DNA of 64,000 nt from an uncultured Gammaproteobacteria bacterium (GTDB lineage: Bacteria > Patescibacteriota > Microgenomatia > JALYQM01). The first letter of the stretch is position 1. The number at the start of each line of letters is the position of its first letter. Positions 59,612-64,000 of this stretch are shown here, in pieces. Both the position numbers and the translations under genes were made by a program. Under the pieces are notes generated by a model. It was not told the origin of the DNA. It was given only the letters and a program-made list of their open reading frames with translations, and made no database searches. The stretch is taken from NCBI GenBank assembly GCA_964535655.1, contig CAZHTP010000004.1, positions 75,108 to 139,107 of the forward strand, given 5' to 3'.

Positions 59612-60460
59612 TTAGACCTTTTCTCCTGTAAAGAAAAATGCATTGGAATATCCGAAGCGTGTTACTAGTGTATCAACTTTTTCGCAAATTGGTAATGCAA
59701 TTTCACTTATTGCATTGGTAATTGTTAATAATTTACTTCCGATTAGATCCTTGTGTTTAGTAGGGGTAATTTTTTCCGTAATCATTAAAAATATATAGAG
59801 GGCACAGTCTAGTATGAGAATACTTGTGGCATCGAAAAGGCGTATTTTGGTGTTTTTCATTCCGGCATCGATAAAGAGTTGCTCTATTTCCTTAGGATCG
59901 AAAAATAATTCTTTTACGTGTCCGGCGCGTGTAAGGTGATAGTCACTACCTAATTTCTCTAAAGTCCAGTCAATAGTAAACCGATTATGTTTATTGATCG
60001 TATTTAACAGGATTTTTCCATCAGGTTTTAATACGCGCACCATTTCTTTAATTACTTCATTATATTCTTTGATATGTTCAAGATTATCGAAGCTGGTGAT
60101 GAGATCAAAAGTGTTGTCGTCAAAGGGAAGTTTGGATGCATCGGCAATCAAATACGTGTTGGTAGGATCTTCCTGTTGTGCTTTCTTAATAAGGACTTCG
60201 GATACGTCGATACCGGTGCCTGGGCAATTATACGTAACTCTTATTCGTTGTAATAATAATCCCGACGCGCAGCCCATATCAAGGATTTTGGTCTTTTCAT
60301 TTATTTTCCACGAGTCAAAGTATCTTTTGGCGGCAAGATCCTTGGGACGTAGCGTTTTTGAGAATCCCGTTTTTCGTACTAATTTTTCCCATGGATTTAG
60401 TGGGGGATTTTTATCATAATGACTCGCTTGCCATTTCGTGTGATCTGAGAATTCCGACAT
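59612..60460 (-). CDS. Class I SAM-dependent methyltransferase
   Basis: ILDMGCASG, GIDVS, ADASKLPFDDNTFD, RVLKPDG. Confidence 0.9.
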   Translation of the reverse strand: MSEFSDHTKWQASHYDKNPPLNPWEKLVRKTGFSKTLRPKDLAAKRYFDSWKINEKTKILDMGCASGLLLQRIRVTYNCPGTGIDVSEVLIKKAQQEDPTNTYLIADASKLPFDDNTFDLITSFDNLEHIKEYNEVIKEMVRVLKPDGKILLNTINKHNRFTIDWTLEKLGSDYHLTRAGHVKELFFDPKEIEQLFIDAGMKNTKIRLFDATSILILDCALYIFLMITEKITPTKHKDLIGSKLLTITNAISEIALPICEKVDTLVTRFGYSNAFFFTGEKV

Positions 60461-60492
60461 ACAGAAGAGAGTACGGCTTTAAAAAGTAGCCG

Positions 60493-61353
60493 TCAAGAAC
60501 CGAAGAGAATGTTACTAAATAGACAATCCATGTATTCGATATTCTCGCTGCTTGGGACTGCCCGCAATCGAATTAGTTGAAAGTTATATTCATCGGTACA
60601 TAATTCTTTTATCAGCTCGGAAAAGGTGTAATTATTATTTTTATTAACGGTAATTTCTATCAGTAAATACTGCGTGTTTTTGAGTGTCGAAGTCGCTTTT
60701 TTAAGTATTTGTAATTCGTGTGACTCGGTATCTATTTTTAGTAAATGTATACGAGTAATATTATTTTCTGTAGTGAATGAATCAAGGGTTGTGGCTTGGA
60801 CTTGGTGATCTCCGTTCGTATCGATGCGGCTCAGTTCGTTATGTTGGTTATCGTGGAGCATTGTCACCGTAGTCGTGGTATCAGATATTGCACAATTATG
60901 TGTTTTTGTATTTGAATCGCTACTGAAATTTTGTTGTAAAGCCCGATAGGTTTGCTCTACCGGTTCAATTGCATGGATTGTCGCATCGGGATAAATTGAA
61001 CGGGCTAGTTTAGAGAAACAGCCTACATTGGCACCGATATCGACGATAATTCCTCTCTGCGGTATAGCAATCTTTTTAAAATTTTTACGGTGTGTATTTA
61101 TGACAAATTGAAATGGGGCAAGCCCGAACGGTGCATTATAGAATATTTTTTCGGATTTAACTTGTGCAAAACTTTCTCCGAAAATGAATTCTTTTTTTAC
61201 TAGATACTTACAGATTACACAATATTTCGTTCGTAAGAATGAGAATTTATAGTTAGGAGTCCAATAGGGAAGTAGGAGCGTTGAAAGGTCTAATTTTATT
61301 GTCTGTAATACTGACCGTATGATCTGTGTGGTGTTTGTATATAATCTAGCCAT
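60493..61353 (-). CDS. FkbM family methyltransferase
   Basis: VDIGANVG, AIEP, TTLD, LLKIDTESHE. Confidence 0.88.
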   Translation of the reverse strand: MARLYTNTTQIIRSVLQTIKLDLSTLLLPYWTPNYKFSFLRTKYCVICKYLVKKEFIFGESFAQVKSEKIFYNAPFGLAPFQFVINTHRKNFKKIAIPQRGIIVDIGANVGCFSKLARSIYPDATIHAIEPVEQTYRALQQNFSSDSNTKTHNCAISDTTTTVTMLHDNQHNELSRIDTNGDHQVQATTLDSFTTENNITRIHLLKIDTESHELQILKKATSTLKNTQYLLIEITVNKNNNYTFSELIKELCTDEYNFQLIRLRAVPSSENIEYMDCLFSNILFGS

Positions 61354-62814
61354 ATGTTGTTGCGGTTGCGTACTTATTTTTCGAATGAAAACGTGATTAT
61401 TGTTCTGACTTTATTTGTCTATTTTATTACTCTCTTTTTTACCATTTTTCATCATGAACTTTGGCATGAGGAAATGCAGGGCTGGTTAATAGCTCGCTCT
61501 GCGAATTCTATTTCTACGCTTTATTCTAACTTACGATATGAAGCGCATCCAATGCTTTGGTATTTACTGCTTTTTATAGTTTCACGGTTTACTTCTGATC
61601 CGTTGTGGATGCAACTACTTAGCGGCCTTATTGGTTGTTTAGTAGCGTTCATATTCCTTAAATATGCTCCATTTCGATTATATCAGCGAGTGCTGTTTGT
61701 ATTTGGTTATTTTCCTTTATATGAATACGTCGTATTAAGCAGGAACTATTTACTCACCGTTCTATTTTTATTTAGCTATTGTATTTTTTTTGTGCGTAAT
61801 AAATATTGGATGGCGGCATTTTCCTTATTATTGATCATGCAAACATCAATTCCTGGGTTGATTTTAGGGACATTACTTGGATTGCATTTAACAATTTGTT
61901 TTAAAAAGAAGCAGCTTTATTTAGGATTGTTATTGATCTTAAGCATTGCGCTGTCTCTATTCCAAATAATTCCACCTCACGATTATGGTATCACTGTTGA
62001 TTGGATTACTTCCTTTGATTATAGGCGTTTTTTGATGGTATTAATTATGCTTTGGCGAGGCTATTTTCCTATACCACGGTTAAGCCTTTCATTTTGGAAT
62101 ACTAACATTCTTATTCCCGATTTTGCTGGAAATACTTTCTTGTTTACTCCTACTGCAGTCTTGGGCTTAAGTTTTGCTCTTACCTTTTCACTTTTACTAC
62201 TAATTGGAATTGGATGTTATTTTTTTCATAGACGTAAAGTTATGATTCTATTTTATGCCGGAACTCTGAGTTTGTTATCCTTTTTTTACTTTTTTTACTA
62301 TGGAGCGGTTCGACATTGGGGATTCTTATATTTGTTTTTTATCTGCTGTGTCTGGATTTCGTATCAGCAGACTACGAGATATCGTTTATATTTTTTTACA
62401 CTGTTGCTTTGCGCTCAACTTTATTCTGGGCTGTTCGCTATTTTTTTAGATATCAATTATACATTTGCTGCAGGAAAAGCAGCTGCTTTGTATGTTACTG
62501 AGAATAAATTGCAAAATACGGTGCTTATTGGAGATATAGATACCCATGTAGTGTCAGTTGCTGGATATGTGAACTCTTCTTTTTATTATCCTCGAGAAAA
62601 AGTAAAAAGCAGCTTTGCTGTTGTCAGAAAGAATCGAGAAACTGTACGCGAGGATGCTTTATTCTTATTTGGGCCAAGTACTTTGATTTTGTCGTATCCG
62701 CTGCTGTATCCTCACTGCGAAATTATCTTTCAGAAATCCTTTATTGCACAAATTGCACAAGCGGACAGTTATTACGTGTACACAGTGAATGACTCAAAAT
62801 GTAGGAAATTATAA
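61354..62814 (+). CDS. GT-C-like polytopic membrane protein
   Basis: HELWHEEMQGWLIAR...RYEAHPMLWY first-loop acidic motif, SRNY, 10 or more TM. Confidence 0.7.
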   Translation: MLLRLRTYFSNENVIIVLTLFVYFITLFFTIFHHELWHEEMQGWLIARSANSISTLYSNLRYEAHPMLWYLLLFIVSRFTSDPLWMQLLSGLIGCLVAFIFLKYAPFRLYQRVLFVFGYFPLYEYVVLSRNYLLTVLFLFSYCIFFVRNKYWMAAFSLLLIMQTSIPGLILGTLLGLHLTICFKKKQLYLGLLLILSIALSLFQIIPPHDYGITVDWITSFDYRRFLMVLIMLWRGYFPIPRLSLSFWNTNILIPDFAGNTFLFTPTAVLGLSFALTFSLLLLIGIGCYFFHRRKVMILFYAGTLSLLSFFYFFYYGAVRHWGFLYLFFICCVWISYQQTTRYRLYFFTLLLCAQLYSGLFAIFLDINYTFAAGKAAALYVTENKLQNTVLIGDIDTHVVSVAGYVNSSFYYPREKVKSSFAVVRKNRETVREDALFLFGPSTLILSYPLLYPHCEIIFQKSFIAQIAQADSYYVYTVNDSKCRKL

Positions 62815-63999
62815 ATTATCTGTGTTAATAGTATAGGTAACTAAATTTCCGTAGGTACCTTTGGCTGGAGTTGCTAGTCTTGGCTCCAGAGCAAAAAGCT
62901 TAGTGTATCTATCACGATCACTGTACGTAATCATGAACTTAATATTATTTTTCTTGAAGAAAAGTAATACTTCATCGCGTACGGTCATGCCTTGTTTATT
63001 AAAGGGATCGACTTGGTTCCAGTTTGCATACGGATCGAGCCCATTTTGTTCAAAGTAATAATACGGGTCATACATCTGACTCACTAAGTCTTTTCCTTGC
63101 ACACCTTCTTCATGCACTAGTGCATAAGTAATATCTGGATTACCCTCAATCATTAGTAACCCGCCACCTTTGTAATCCTGAATTAAATCTTTTGAAACTA
63201 CTTTAACATTTTCCCAGGTTGGTTGAGTTGGGTTATAGTATTTAAAAATCTCAGGCCACGCGAGCTGCGTTGCGCCGATTGCTCCTAAAAGTACAATGCA
63301 GCTTAGCAGTGTACCAAAAATGTTATTTAGTAACTTTATCTTGGTTGGAATATAGTAAAAAAGAAATGCGGAAAATGCGATACATAGAAATGTGTAGGGA
63401 TACAGCATAAACCGTACAACCCACACATAATCCGCCCAGGACTTTATGTATTCTGAAAAGCCAAAGGTTAATCCTAAAAAGAGCCAGTTCCCGAGTCCCA
63501 TGAGGTGCCATTGCCACGCACGTGGCTTTCGCCAAAGAGTTAGTCCGATACCGAAAACCGTTATAGCAGTGATTACACGGAAGGCAAATTGGCCAAAAAG
63601 ATCTTTTGAATCGAGTGCTTGTTTGTACTGCCATTCGCCCTGAATATTTTTATTTACATTCTGGTACAAGGGATACACTGGATTGCCCGTATAGTCCAGT
63701 AAATATTTCATGTACGGAAGGAGTATTATAAGGAGGCCAAATATGAGTAATACTTTCTTATCTGTTTGAACAAGCCGGTCAAAAATTATAAATGCTGCAA
63801 CAAGACCTACGCTAAAAACCCAGAATTCTGATCGAGTCATCATTGCAATTCCAAGAAATATTCCTGCCAAGAATGACTTTCTTGGCCAGTAATAAATTCC
63901 ACCTAAGAGAAAAGGAATTCCCAGAGGTTCGACCATCCCTGTTGCATCGTTAAAGATTATGACAGAACAGCACGCTGTGAACACCGCAGCTGCGATTCC
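62809..63999 (-). CDS. Polytopic GT-C/PMT-like membrane protein (5' partial)
   Basis: Frame open to the window edge; MVEP, MTRSE, TGNPVYP, multiple TMs, soluble C-terminus. Confidence 0.6.
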   Translation of the reverse strand, partial: GIAAAVFTACCSVIIFNDATGMVEPLGIPFLLGGIYYWPRKSFLAGIFLGIAMMTRSEFWVFSVGLVAAFIIFDRLVQTDKKVLLIFGLLIILLPYMKYLLDYTGNPVYPLYQNVNKNIQGEWQYKQALDSKDLFGQFAFRVITAITVFGIGLTLWRKPRAWQWHLMGLGNWLFLGLTFGFSEYIKSWADYVWVVRFMLYPYTFLCIAFSAFLFYYIPTKIKLLNNIFGTLLSCIVLLGAIGATQLAWPEIFKYYNPTQPTWENVKVVSKDLIQDYKGGGLLMIEGNPDITYALVHEEGVQGKDLVSQMYDPYYYFEQNGLDPYANWNQVDPFNKQGMTVRDEVLLFFKKNNIKFMITYSDRDRYTKLFALEPRLATPAKGTYGNLVTYTINTDNL

Positions 64000-64000
64000 C

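Overview
A gene-dense, AT-rich bacterial chromosome segment read in the standard code. The gene mix (N-domain-less ClpB, LacD-type aldolase, ADP-forming acetate-CoA ligase, ATP-dependent DNA ligase, UvrD-nuclease fusion, FemABX, many glycosyltransferases, no biosynthetic operons) looks like a Patescibacteria/CPR genome, probably Microgenomates-like; this is an inference. 1-44 kb holds housekeeping, proteolysis, repair and sugar-phosphate genes (pepF, nth, clpB with CIRCE, trhO, rpiB-rpe-LOG-lacD, ruvCAB, ppa, ppaC, metG, rmuC, lig). 44.8-64 kb is a surface-glycan cluster (GT4s, GT-C-like proteins, carbamoyl-, methyl- and acyltransferases, SGNH esterase). I found no rRNA, tRNA, CRISPR array or transposase. 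The most interesting signal is an unannotated, apparently leaderless 25-codon peptide with a Met-Tyr-Met motif and mutually exclusive protector/antiterminator/terminator pairings. It sits upstream of a SAM hydrolase (DUF62)-metG operon and is a candidate methionine-sensing ribosome attenuator. Also notable are a set of ~125-180 bp branched-hairpin intergenic elements (two homologous with compensatory changes; one separates a Shine-Dalgarno from its start codon) and pervasive -10 boxes 5-8 nt before start codons. All structures were paired by eye, with no folding or database search.
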